Positions 1-9,200 of a DNA stretch of 64,000 nt are shown piece after piece (within the stretch, counting starts at the first letter, position 1; the number at the start of each line of letters is the position of its first letter). This stretch comes from a virus, in the IMG/VR virus record IMGVR_UViG_3300032516_002690, positions 32,001 to 96,000 of that record; one strand, 5' to 3'. Position numbers and translations under genes: made by a program. The notes under the pieces are model-generated. The model did not search any database and was not told the origin of the DNA. It saw only the letters and a program-made list of their open reading frames with translations.

Positions 1-2
1 GT

Positions 3-338
3 GTAACGCTCAATGCTGCAAACTACACAATTTATTACAATCTGCCTTGGAGTTTAGATCAGTACTTACAATCGCTAGATCGTAATTATCGTATTGGTCA
101 AACCAAAAAGGTTACGGTGTATCGCCTACTGGGCCGAAACACATTAGACGTATCTAAAGCGGCAGCGCTAGATCAAAAGATAGACTTCAGTCAACTCGTA
201 ACCTCGAAGTCTGTATGCGCGACGTGCCCCGATTATCATATACGTTGCTCGAAATATAAAATTAAACTGTACGACGCGGAGTGTAAATACGACCGTGAGA
301 TGATGCGGCAAAAAGCTACTGTGGAGTTAATACCATGA
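3..338 (+). CDS. SNF2/SWI2-family helicase, C-terminal fragment (5'-truncated by window edge)
   Basis: Frame 3 is open from position 3 and reads VTLNAANYTIYYNLPWSLDQYLQSLDRNYRIGQTKKVTVYRL, matching SF2 motifs V/VI of the SNF2 type (Q..DR..RIGQ). A Cys-rich tail follows. The ORF track shows only 117-338. Confidence 0.9.
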   Translation, partial: VTLNAANYTIYYNLPWSLDQYLQSLDRNYRIGQTKKVTVYRLLGRNTLDVSKAAALDQKIDFSQLVTSKSVCATCPDYHIRCSKYKIKLYDAECKYDREMMRQKATVELIP

Positions 339-736
339 AAGTTACATTAGAATTCGAAGAGAGTGATCTCAGGGAAATGCTTACGAGTTATTTCCGGGGC
401 AATGGTTTTGCAGTCAAGAATCTTGACGAGGTGTGTGCCAAGTTTAAAGACGCTTACATTGACGGGTTGAAAGTCCAAGCTGAGATTATGGTAATGGACC
501 CGCCGATACCGCAACTGAGCACAGTGGCGCCACCGCAGAATCTAGTCGAAGACGCTGTTGATGATGCGGGTGAACCAGACGACGTGGCTGAGGCTGCCGA
601 GCCTATGTTGTCACTCAATGATTTAACAGACCCTTCGCCGCGTGGGCGGGTGGTCGGTATAGCCAATACAAAGAATGAATTTGCAGATCTCATCAACGCA
701 AGTAAACGCATTGAACAAGAACGCCGGAGAACTTGA
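335..736 (+). CDS. hypothetical protein with acidic central region
   Basis: 133-aa ORF coupled to both neighbours (ATGA and TGATG overlaps). Confidence 0.75.
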   Translation: MKVTLEFEESDLREMLTSYFRGNGFAVKNLDEVCAKFKDAYIDGLKVQAEIMVMDPPIPQLSTVAPPQNLVEDAVDDAGEPDDVAEAAEPMLSLNDLTDPSPRGRVVGIANTKNEFADLINASKRIEQERRRT

Positions 737-1614
737 TGCTTGATAGTATCGACAATGAAGAATTGATTAAGATCCCTGCTGTCGCAGAAGATGAACAATT
801 CAAAGACAGGCTGCCGAAAGGCTATCTGTCGGTGTCACAAGTTACGCAATACATGAAATGCGGAGAAGCCTATTACTACCGCTACGTTATGGGCCGGCAA
901 GTGCCGTCGAACGTATTTCAAGTACAGGGTCGCGGTGTACATAAAGCAGCTGAGAAGTTGCATCTGAGCATGATTCAGAATGAGCCTATTGGCGAAGCTG
1001 AGATGCTTCAGACATATTCCGATTTATATGATGACGAGATCAAAACCGCAGTCAGCGAACATAACGAGGACGACGCTGATGAAAAGGATGCGAACGATAA
1101 GGACATCGGCGTCCGTCTCACTAAAAAATATCACAAGGTTGCCCTAGGTAATGCCTGTGACGCTTCGGGCAAACCCGTGCCTGCGGTACAGCCCATAGCA
1201 GCAGAACGTGTTGTCCGCGTCAACATCATTACAGAAGAAAGCTTGGTCATTCCGTTTCTCGGAGTAATCGATCTAGAAGAACGTAATGCGATTGCTGACC
1301 TGAAGACAAAAAAGAAGGCCTCGTCACAGGCTGACACCGACAACAGCTTGCAGCTGAGTCTCTACGCGCACGTTACGGGAAAACCCCTAGTGCGTCTAGA
1401 CCAACTAGTCAAGCCAACAAAGACCCTGCCTGTGCGTTTTATTCGAACGGAGTCGGTGCGTACAAAGAATGAAGTTCTGCATGCACTTGATGTAGTATCG
1501 CAGGTTGCACAGGACATTGCGTCGGGTCGCTTCAGAAAGACCAATCCTGAAAATTGGTGGTGCACGTCTAAATGGTGCCCCTACTGGAGCGATTGCCGCG
1601 GACGGAGGCGCTGA
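736..1614 (+). CDS. PD-(D/E)XK nuclease, Cas4/RecB/AddB-like exonuclease
   Basis: LSVSQV..YMKC, GRGVH, GVIDL, IADLKT, QLSLYA and C-terminal CTSKWCPYWSDC give the 1+3 Cys Fe-S staple pattern. Confidence 0.88.
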   Translation: MLDSIDNEELIKIPAVAEDEQFKDRLPKGYLSVSQVTQYMKCGEAYYYRYVMGRQVPSNVFQVQGRGVHKAAEKLHLSMIQNEPIGEAEMLQTYSDLYDDEIKTAVSEHNEDDADEKDANDKDIGVRLTKKYHKVALGNACDASGKPVPAVQPIAAERVVRVNIITEESLVIPFLGVIDLEERNAIADLKTKKKASSQADTDNSLQLSLYAHVTGKPLVRLDQLVKPTKTLPVRFIRTESVRTKNEVLHALDVVSQVAQDIASGRFRKTNPENWWCTSKWCPYWSDCRGRRR

Positions 1615-2046
1615 GTGGCTGACAACTATTGGGACAACTCGGGCGGACAGCCCAACCTATCACGCCTGCCTATCGAAGTACGCGAGGGAATGGCCCGGCC
1701 CATTCCGATGCGCGACGATGAAGTCTACGCAGCGGTCATGATTTTCAAACAGTCGCCGGGGCTCAACCACCCTAACGGGCGTTGCAATGTGGTTGCATAT
1801 CGCACAACAAATAACGCAGTTGTGCCGATGGACAAGGGTATTCAGTTGGACTTTTCGGAGTTCTCCGGTAAGTTCCCGCTGGCCACCGTTGTGATTGATG
1901 TAAAGGGAGCCGAACCCTTTGTAGCGAATCTCTTGCGGGCCTACGCAGAACTCGGCGGTGACGTACAAGCTGCCGTTAAACGCGCAGGTATCGCACGCAC
2001 GACCGCAGAACACACCGCTTACTTTGAAGAAAAAAGTAACGATTGA
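1615..2046 (+). CDS. hypothetical protein
   Basis: 143-aa ORF with a GTG start abutting the upstream stop; GGAGG lies upstream. Confidence 0.7.
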   Translation: MADNYWDNSGGQPNLSRLPIEVREGMARPIPMRDDEVYAAVMIFKQSPGLNHPNGRCNVVAYRTTNNAVVPMDKGIQLDFSEFSGKFPLATVVIDVKGAEPFVANLLRAYAELGGDVQAAVKRAGIARTTAEHTAYFEEKSND

Positions 2047-2137
2047 ACTTGTTCATGTCGTAAGGCGTTATATATAAAAGGCGCCCTTAATACGGTAAAA
2101 GAGTATACACTTCTGCAACTCTAGCTCAGGAGGCTAT

Positions 2138-2305
2138 ATGCAGAAGTACGGCGTGGATGAGACACCTAGTTTAAACAGAAAATACGGCGAAACAGATCTT
2201 GACGTATGCCCGCTATGTGGGGCACGGTTACAAAAACATGGACATGTTGTTTTATGTCCAACACACGGATCAGAGCCTTTCGAACATGACGATAAGCAAA
2301 CGTAG
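2138..2305 (+). CDS. small putative zinc-binding protein, 55 aa (not in ORF track)
   Basis: AGGAGG at 2128-2133 and ATG at 2138. Reads MQKYGVDETPSLNRKYGETDLDVCPLCGARLQKHGHVVLCPTHGSEPFEHDDKQT*, with CxxC...CxxH. Confidence 0.8.
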   Translation: MQKYGVDETPSLNRKYGETDLDVCPLCGARLQKHGHVVLCPTHGSEPFEHDDKQT

Positions 2306-2537
2306 CAGTATTGTACGCTCCATTAGTGATTTAGTCACACAGCGTGCAAGCATCATACGTGCGTTGTACATCGTCAGCGTTGCAACGAATGGGCCGAGAG
2401 ACGAAATACTAGCAGAGTTTCATCAAGCAGTCGGTGACGTACTTGAGGGGGTAGCGTTATCACAACTCGACCTAGCTTTCATCAACAAAATGAAAGTTAA
2501 AGAGGAGGCAGCTTGGTTAAGGGACCGCAACGAGTAG
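2286..2537 (+). CDS. hypothetical protein
   Basis: 3' part of ORF 2199-2537. ATG 2286 (MTISKRSS) overlaps the end of the 55-aa gene and is the more plausible start. Confidence 0.6.
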   Translation: MTISKRSSIVRSISDLVTQRASIIRALYIVSVATNGPRDEILAEFHQAVGDVLEGVALSQLDLAFINKMKVKEEAAWLRDRNE

Positions 2538-2722
2538 TTAGTTACGAATTCACGCACACTGCAAATGATCCAGCAACTGTCGTGTTTGTTTCGCCGTTCA
2601 GAACTTTCCTACAAGTAGTTGACGAGATTATTCGTTGGCTACAGCTTCCACATATTGTTTCTGCATTCGCTAGTATTGCTGCGTTTCTGCGCAGCCTGTT
2701 TACAAACTAGGGGTTTCACGAA

Positions 2723-3733
2723 ATGCCAGCTAAAAAGCGTAACGTTACAATACCGTTCGAAGCAATTATTGCGGATACGGACTTCAACGGTCGGGTTGAA
2801 TACCCAGATATCGATGCCCTGAAACAGTCCATTATGGACGACGGGCTGCTGCAGCCAATCGGAGTATCGCAGAAGAATTCCGGTTCCGATACAGATGGAC
2901 AGAAATTCTTCCTTGTATACGGCTTTCGCCGCTACTTCGCCATATCCAAGATTCGTGATGAACTTGGACCTGACGCGTACGCGACGATCGATGCAGTGCT
3001 CAATGAGGGAAACCTGGAGGAACTCCGGGTACGAAATCTCAAAGAGAATATCGAACGTAAGGCTCTGACCACTTTCGAAATTGCCCAACAGGTCAAGCGC
3101 TTGGTGCTTGCAGGCCTGGAACAGCGTGAGATTGCAACGCGGTTGGGACGCAACCAGTCGTGGGTAAGCTACCACCACAAGGTTGCGACGCAACTTTCTA
3201 CACAAGCCCAGCAAGCTTTAAAAGCTGGAGATATCACGCTAGAGCAAGCGCTACACATCGCCGATGTGCCTGAAGAACAACAGAACGCGTTGGTGACCCA
3301 GGTACTTAGCGCGGATACGCGTGCAGATGCGCGCAAGTTACTGAAGGAAGCCGCAAGCGGAAGCGGCAAGCGTCGTAAATATGCCAATAAAGGACGACCT
3401 ACGTCACGTAACCTGATGCAGTGGGTGAGTGACGCGTCATTCGAAGCTGAGTCGCGTATCAATGACAAACACGACAAGGCCTTCTACAACGGTGTCGCGG
3501 CAGGTATGCGGGTAGCGCTGGGTGACCTCGAACTCAAAGAGCTCAAGGCTGTGGATAAGTATTCCGACGTAAACTACCACGCGAAGGACAATAAAACGGA
3601 GGACGAACCGGAGTTGGTGAGTGTAGATCCAGGAGACGACGAAGATGTGGCGACGGCTGAGGCCGATGCGGCGCCTGTTAAAAAGAAGCGCGGACGTCCC
3701 AAGAAAATTGTGACGGCTTCGAACACTCTCTAA
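2723..3733 (+). CDS. parB: ParB/Spo0J-family protein with C-terminal AT-hook
   Basis: LKQSIMDDGLLQPIGV, LVYGFRR (GxRR box), ENIERKALT, an HTH (QREIATRLGRNQSWVS) and tail KKKRGRPKK. Confidence 0.88.
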   Translation: MPAKKRNVTIPFEAIIADTDFNGRVEYPDIDALKQSIMDDGLLQPIGVSQKNSGSDTDGQKFFLVYGFRRYFAISKIRDELGPDAYATIDAVLNEGNLEELRVRNLKENIERKALTTFEIAQQVKRLVLAGLEQREIATRLGRNQSWVSYHHKVATQLSTQAQQALKAGDITLEQALHIADVPEEQQNALVTQVLSADTRADARKLLKEAASGSGKRRKYANKGRPTSRNLMQWVSDASFEAESRINDKHDKAFYNGVAAGMRVALGDLELKELKAVDKYSDVNYHAKDNKTEDEPELVSVDPGDDEDVATAEADAAPVKKKRGRPKKIVTASNTL

Positions 3734-4413
3734 TTCATGCGTGCTGCGGCGCTGCGCAATTTAGTAATTGCGGTCTCGCGCAGTTGCCGTACCCGCTCTC
3801 CTGTTATTTCTAATATACGCCCTATCTGCTTTAGCGTTTTAGGGCCTGTGTGAATACCGAATGACGCTTTAATGATGTACGTCTCACGTATAGATAAATT
3901 TGTAATGTCGAAAAGTTTTAGCAGACTTTGCTGCATCTCAATGGTTACCGCGTAACCATCTATACTAGAGTCTTCATCACTGATAGTGTTTTCGGTGTAT
4001 TCCGTCGTATTAGGACTGCGTATACCCTTCGCCATTGCGTGCGTAGGTACGTGTACGAGTCCTAGACGGCGGCCTTCTTCACGCATTTCGTGGCGTACCC
4101 ACCAACTGGCGTATGTCAGAAACCGAGTGCCTGCCTCAGGTTTAAATTTAGTCAGCGCGCGAATTAATCCAATATTGCCCGCAGCTATCAAGTCTTCTAA
4201 GGTCTGTCGTTCCATATGGCTGCGTGGATGCTTGCGGGCTTCGGATATAACGTAACGTAGTGCGCCTTTGACTATTAAATCTTTTGCTTTTGCGTCTTTG
4301 GTGTTCTGATAGCGTCGGATGAGTTCTCGCTCGTTCTCGGCGGTTAGCATACTCGTTGCTTCAACTTCTTTATAATAACGAGCAAGCGAATCGTTGGACG
4401 GTTTTGAACTCAT
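3730..4413 (-). CDS. RNA polymerase sigma70-family factor (regions 1.2, 2 and 4; region 3 short)
   Basis: DSLARYYKEV, EDLIAAGNIGLIRALTKFKPEAGTRFLTYASWWVR and TLKQIGRILEITGERVRQL. Confidence 0.93.
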   Translation of the reverse strand: MSSKPSNDSLARYYKEVEATSMLTAENERELIRRYQNTKDAKAKDLIVKGALRYVISEARKHPRSHMERQTLEDLIAAGNIGLIRALTKFKPEAGTRFLTYASWWVRHEMREEGRRLGLVHVPTHAMAKGIRSPNTTEYTENTISDEDSSIDGYAVTIEMQQSLLKLFDITNLSIRETYIIKASFGIHTGPKTLKQIGRILEITGERVRQLRETAITKLRSAAARMN

Positions 4414-4493
4414 GTTTCTCTCTCAGCTATTGTGCTGCTACACAGTTTGGGGTAGCTTACCAGTTCGTCAAACAGCCTCAGAGGGCATCCAGC

Positions 4494-5348
4494 ATGAGCA
4501 ACGAAATTCAGAAGTATGATGACACAATCAACAGCGTATCGACACTACTCAAAGCCTATGCAGACACCGTTTCCGATACAGCACTAGGTCTGAAGATTCA
4601 AGAATTGTCAGAGCAGACAATCACGACAGTGAAAGGGATCGAAGGTCCCCAGCGTTCCCGGATCACGCAGTTGATGTTGAAACAGAATATGTCGAATTCG
4701 TCGATGATACCATCGAACACTGCCGCCGGGCAATTGTATACGTCCAAGAGTGATCATATTGGGGATAACCTCGAATTTATCCCGATTTTCACACACAACA
4801 TGCGCACCAAGTGGGGCGATGATAAAGTAGAATGTCGCTCACTCGATGCGATTACAGGCTCGAAGTACGGCGAATGCGCCAAGTGTCCTTACGGACGTTA
4901 CGTCCCAGATGAACGCCCTGATTGCAGCAAAGGCCTGAGCTATTACGTAATGGCCAGCGATTTGTCTGCGTTGTACAAAATCGACTTTATTAAGACGAGC
5001 GCCAAAGCAGGTCGCTCTATAAGTCAACTAGCGTCACCGCCGCATCTGTGGACACGCTCGTTTATTCTGTCGTCTGAGCGCGTCGTACAGCCCAAGGTCA
5101 ATTACTTCATACTCAAAGTAGCAGTGACAAATCACCGCACTTCACCGGAAGTTGCCAAGGTTTGCGACATGCTATTTGAATTCTTTCAGAATAGCTACCG
5201 AAAGGCCGTGCTTATGCAGGCCGAATATAGCCGTATGGGCACTACCGGCGGTGGCGGCGGTGGCGGCGGCGGCGGCGGTGCCGGCGGCGTGATCCCCGCT
5301 GAGGGCGAAGAAGTCCCACAAGAGATCAATTTCCGCGATTCCGTTTGA
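4494..5348 (+). CDS. putative single-stranded DNA-binding/recombination protein
   Basis: Lies in the replication cluster, has a Cys cluster (CAKCPY..C), a poly-Gly linker and an acidic tail, and is followed by a terminator. Likely start MSNEIQ at 4494. Function is inferred from architecture only. Confidence 0.55.
   Translation: MSNEIQKYDDTINSVSTLLKAYADTVSDTALGLKIQELSEQTITTVKGIEGPQRSRITQLMLKQNMSNSSMIPSNTAAGQLYTSKSDHIGDNLEFIPIFTHNMRTKWGDDKVECRSLDAITGSKYGECAKCPYGRYVPDERPDCSKGLSYYVMASDLSALYKIDFIKTSAKAGRSISQLASPPHLWTRSFILSSERVVQPKVNYFILKVAVTNHRTSPEVAKVCDMLFEFFQNSYRKAVLMQAEYSRMGTTGGGGGGGGGGGAGGVIPAEGEEVPQEINFRDSV
5247..5288 (+). repeat. (GGC/GGT)n trinucleotide tract encoding G11-A-GG
   Basis: ggcggtggcggcggtggcggcggcggcggcggtgccggcggc seen directly. 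Confidence 0.9.
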
Positions 5349-5354
5349 GTGATT

Positions 5355-5392
5355 AGCAGCGCAGTATCTGAGAGATATTGCGCTGCTTTTTT
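5355..5392 (+). terminator. intrinsic (rho-independent) terminator
   Basis: 15-bp stem agcagcgcagtatct/agatattgcgctgct (one G-U pair), 3-nt loop and T-run, just after the stop at 5348. Confidence 0.8.
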
Positions 5393-5400
5393 AGGTGCCC

Positions 5401-6204
5401 ATGTCAAAAGCTTTGCCTTTGTTGAAATACGCCGCGTGGTCGCCTTCAAAAGCTTCTCTCGCAGGTACTTGTCCTCTAGCGTTTAAATACCGCTATATCG
5501 ATAAAATACCTACCGGCGACAAAGGTACTGCTGCCAAGGTGGGAGTAACCGTGCATAGAGCACAGGAGTTACTCCTACAAGGACAGTCGATCCAAGACTG
5601 TCTCGATAACGCTATTGCTGAATCAGAAGCCGAGCTCACGTACAATGATCAAGAGAAAGTGCGCTCCTTCGCACAGAACATGTTGGAATTCCAGAAACGC
5701 ATAAATAAATTCACAGTGAATAATCCTGTGAGACAAACGCTACTGGAATCCAAATGGGCTGTCACCGCAGGGTTTAAATCTTGCGAGTTCTTTGACAAGG
5801 ACGGTATCATTCGCGGCATCGTGGATATGTCCTTGGTCTTGGAGAGTGACTATGTTATCGTCTTCGACCATAAGTCTGGAAGAGTCCGCCCCGCGTCTTA
5901 CTATAAGACGCAACTAGACTTCTACACGGTTATGGCGCTCGCAGTTTTTCCTCATTTAAAAGGGGTTCAATGCGCCCTACACTACGTAGCACACGGTAAA
6001 CTTGAATGGGGAAGTCCCGTTGCGCCTCAGTATATACGTGAGGTATTGCAGCCGTGGTTGCTTGGCTATTTGAATAAAAAAGCTGAGCGGGTAGACGCAG
6101 CTATTGCAACGCCGGGGGCGCATTGCAAGTGGTGCGATTTCCGTGAAATTTGTACGTTCCGGGGGATTGATGGCGAAGCAAGAAAAGGGGCCGAAAACAC
6201 CTAA
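5401..6204 (+). CDS. second Cas4/RecB-like PD-(D/E)XK nuclease
   Basis: WSPSK...CPLAFKYRY, GVTVH, RGIVD, VFDHKSG, QLDFY and CKWCDFREIC. Confidence 0.88.
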   Translation: MSKALPLLKYAAWSPSKASLAGTCPLAFKYRYIDKIPTGDKGTAAKVGVTVHRAQELLLQGQSIQDCLDNAIAESEAELTYNDQEKVRSFAQNMLEFQKRINKFTVNNPVRQTLLESKWAVTAGFKSCEFFDKDGIIRGIVDMSLVLESDYVIVFDHKSGRVRPASYYKTQLDFYTVMALAVFPHLKGVQCALHYVAHGKLEWGSPVAPQYIREVLQPWLLGYLNKKAERVDAAIATPGAHCKWCDFREICTFRGIDGEARKGAENT

Positions 6205-9200
6205 GTTTGATCCGACTGAGCTTCGTAAGCTTTGGAAGCAACCTACCGAGAACTGGATGACACTACTGAATACAGTAGGTGCCCAGCAGGTAAAGCCCGC
6301 AGGGCATACGATCAAGCTCCAGTGCCCGTACCATCCGGATACTAACCCGTCGGGTACGTTGAATATATATAAGGGTCACTTCAAGTGTTTTGCATGCAAC
6401 ACTTATATTACTGACCCTATCAAGTTTGCCAGTAAGTATATTCCAGGCAGCTATATGGATGTGGCGCGGATGTTCCGCGACCATTTCAAAATTGAGAAGC
6501 TTGATCTCAAGAAATTAGACGCGACCGAGTTAGAACAACACCGCATGAAGCTATTGAGCGAGGTGTTTCATCGCTATTTATGCAACGTGTGGGTTGCTGA
6601 TAAAGCGCCGCAGTCGGCCGTATCTACTGTCACTTGGTTAAAAAACCGAGGCCTTACGTCAGTAGATATGCTGGGCTGTATCGGCATGTTGCCAACATCG
6701 GTTGATCTCCAAAAATTGTGCGCGCAGGCAGGCGCCAATGAAGACGATATTCTCTGGTGTATGCGTCTCGTCGGCGACTACCTAAACGTCACCTACATGA
6801 ATTGCGTCGTATATGCGTACGGTTTGTCTCCCGACAAATTGACTGCGTTTAAATTGCGCATACCCGGACCGGATAAAGAGTCCGTACGGTTTATAAAGGC
6901 TGTGGATACTGCGGAGCTAGGTGCATTTGGATTAAATGTGTCGGCTTTTTATAAGCACTATTCGAGTGAAAAAGTTACGCGCTTTACGGCTGTAGAAGGA
7001 GAGCACGACGCGCTTGCAATTATTCAGGGCATGTTGACGCACTGTGCTGATGTAGATGAAGTGATCATAGCGCTCGGCGGTGCAGGCCATAGCGGCGTAG
7101 ACTTTATGACTGATCTCGGATTTAGCGAGTGCCGGTTAATCGGAGATGACGATGCGGCGGGCGATCTCTACCCTACGAGTGTTTTGCCGAAAACACGCGA
7201 TATTGCTATTCAAGTATTTAAATGGCCACAACGTATACGCAACCACGTACCGGGTAAAATAGACCCCGATGAAGCTATAAAGATTCACGGTTTTGATGTT
7301 GTATACCGTGAATTCTGTAATCCGAAGAATTACGAATTCGCAACACGTTGGTGCGCAGATCGCGCGAAGCTAAAAATAGCCGTTATTCATCCCGACAATG
7401 TTATCGGTTTACAGGAAGTAGCTACTGAATTTACGGGCTACTTAAAAAATGACACAGAGCGGCAGGTATTCGCTGAGGAATTCAACAAAATATGCCCGAG
7501 TCTTCCTGCTAGTGAAATACTCCGGCATACGCGTCTTAAAGACGACTCATCCCTGGGTTTTGTAGAGAAGATAAAAGATTGGATGGGGGAGACATACCAA
7601 ACCACTACGTGGGACAGCCATACAGGTGTACTCAAACTGTGGAACAAGAAACTAAAGCAGTATTTATATGTACAGGTCAATAAAGACTCTGCAATGACGC
7701 AGTTTGCCCGGTATACGAGCAAAGGCAGTATGTACTATTGGGCACGTGACGAGATCGGATTACCTTCGTATTTCCCCGACGTAGAAGCCCCTGATGCAGG
7801 CCAGACTGCCCTGGATAAAACTGAAGACATGATCGAGGACGCGGTGCAGCGCGCGTACCGCATGCTTTCTGCTGAATCGGTAGATGAAGCCAAAACCCGC
7901 GTCAAAGGGCAAGGCATTCACCTTGATCATACGCAGAATGGTGCCCCGGGCTATTTCATAAATGGCAACAGTATTTACAAGCTAAAATGGTCACCTGATT
8001 TTAGTAAATTAGCCGCTGTCACGGAATTAGAGGGACCGTTTGATAACGGGCAAGTGTTTGACCTAGAGCATCGCTATAACCTCATTGATGACATGCGTAT
8101 AGGTTGGACGGAACTCATTAAATCACCGAAGGACTTAATGCAGCGGCCGGTGTACAGCCCCTTTGAGTGTTTTCAGAAAGTACACAAGCTCATTAATCTC
8201 GGCTTTGAATTCAAAAATCAAGAGGTTGACGCGCTATACTGTGCTGGCCTGGTTTTTTATAACTATTTGTATGACGTAATGCCTATGCGGAGAATGCTTA
8301 CGCATTTCTACGCGCAGTTCGAATCGGGAAAGACGACACTTCTTTCGGTAACCTCCAACCACCCACAGTTACGAGAGTTTTCGCTATGTGACCATGCGCT
8401 AGCTCTCGATACATTCACACAAGCTGCGTTCTACCAGACATTCACAAATACAAGACTTGTTGCCGTTTTGGATGAAATGAATGATCCGGATGATGGCTCG
8501 ATAGAATCCCGTAATCGAAAACTGTTCTATCAACGTACACGGTCGTTAGCCACGAGTGGTTCGACTACCCTCAACCAGGGAACGGTGGATGGCAAGGGTC
8601 GATCTTTCAATATCGCTAATACTGTGATTACTGCGAGCGGCACTCCTATTCACGATCCCATGGATGAGAGCCGTTTTAACACGGTTAACCTAAAAAAGAA
8701 CGCCAACCGAAATAACGTGCGCCTGTTGCTACGTGCCGCGTTTACCGCTACGGAGATACAAGACCTTCGTCTGAGCATATTGATTAACGCAATAACGTTA
8801 GCGCCTAACGTAGCGACGCAGTACGCGTATTTATACGATCGTTACGGCAGTCGCCGTGAAGCGGATGCTAAAGGCACGACTACGATACAGAACGTGGATC
8901 GGTTTACTGAGAATCTCATGCCGATGGCGGCTATTCTCAATGTGTTTGGTCAAGACGGTCAAAAGTTCATTGATAAGTACCGCGATACGCGCAAGCAGCA
9001 GGTCTACGAGCGTGCGCACAGCACGCCTGGCCATGCGCTCATAGATACCATCCTTACGTCTAGTATTCCTTCGCGCGAAGAAGAGAATCAAATGACGACT
9101 ATCAAGGCATTACTCTTACACCCGCACGACCGTGAGAAGATAAATAACACAAAGGTTGGTGTTTATTATGATGACGCGTGTAAATGCCTTGGTGTAGTCT

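Noticed and set aside
1840-1854. Possible beta-clamp-binding motif IQLDF in ORF 1615-2046
   Set aside because: Internal, short and likely to occur by chance, with no supporting context.
2711-2725. parS-like sequence GTTTCACGAAA at the parB start
   Set aside because: Matches only a half site of TGTTTCACGTGAAACA, lacks two central bases and was seen once; too weak to call.
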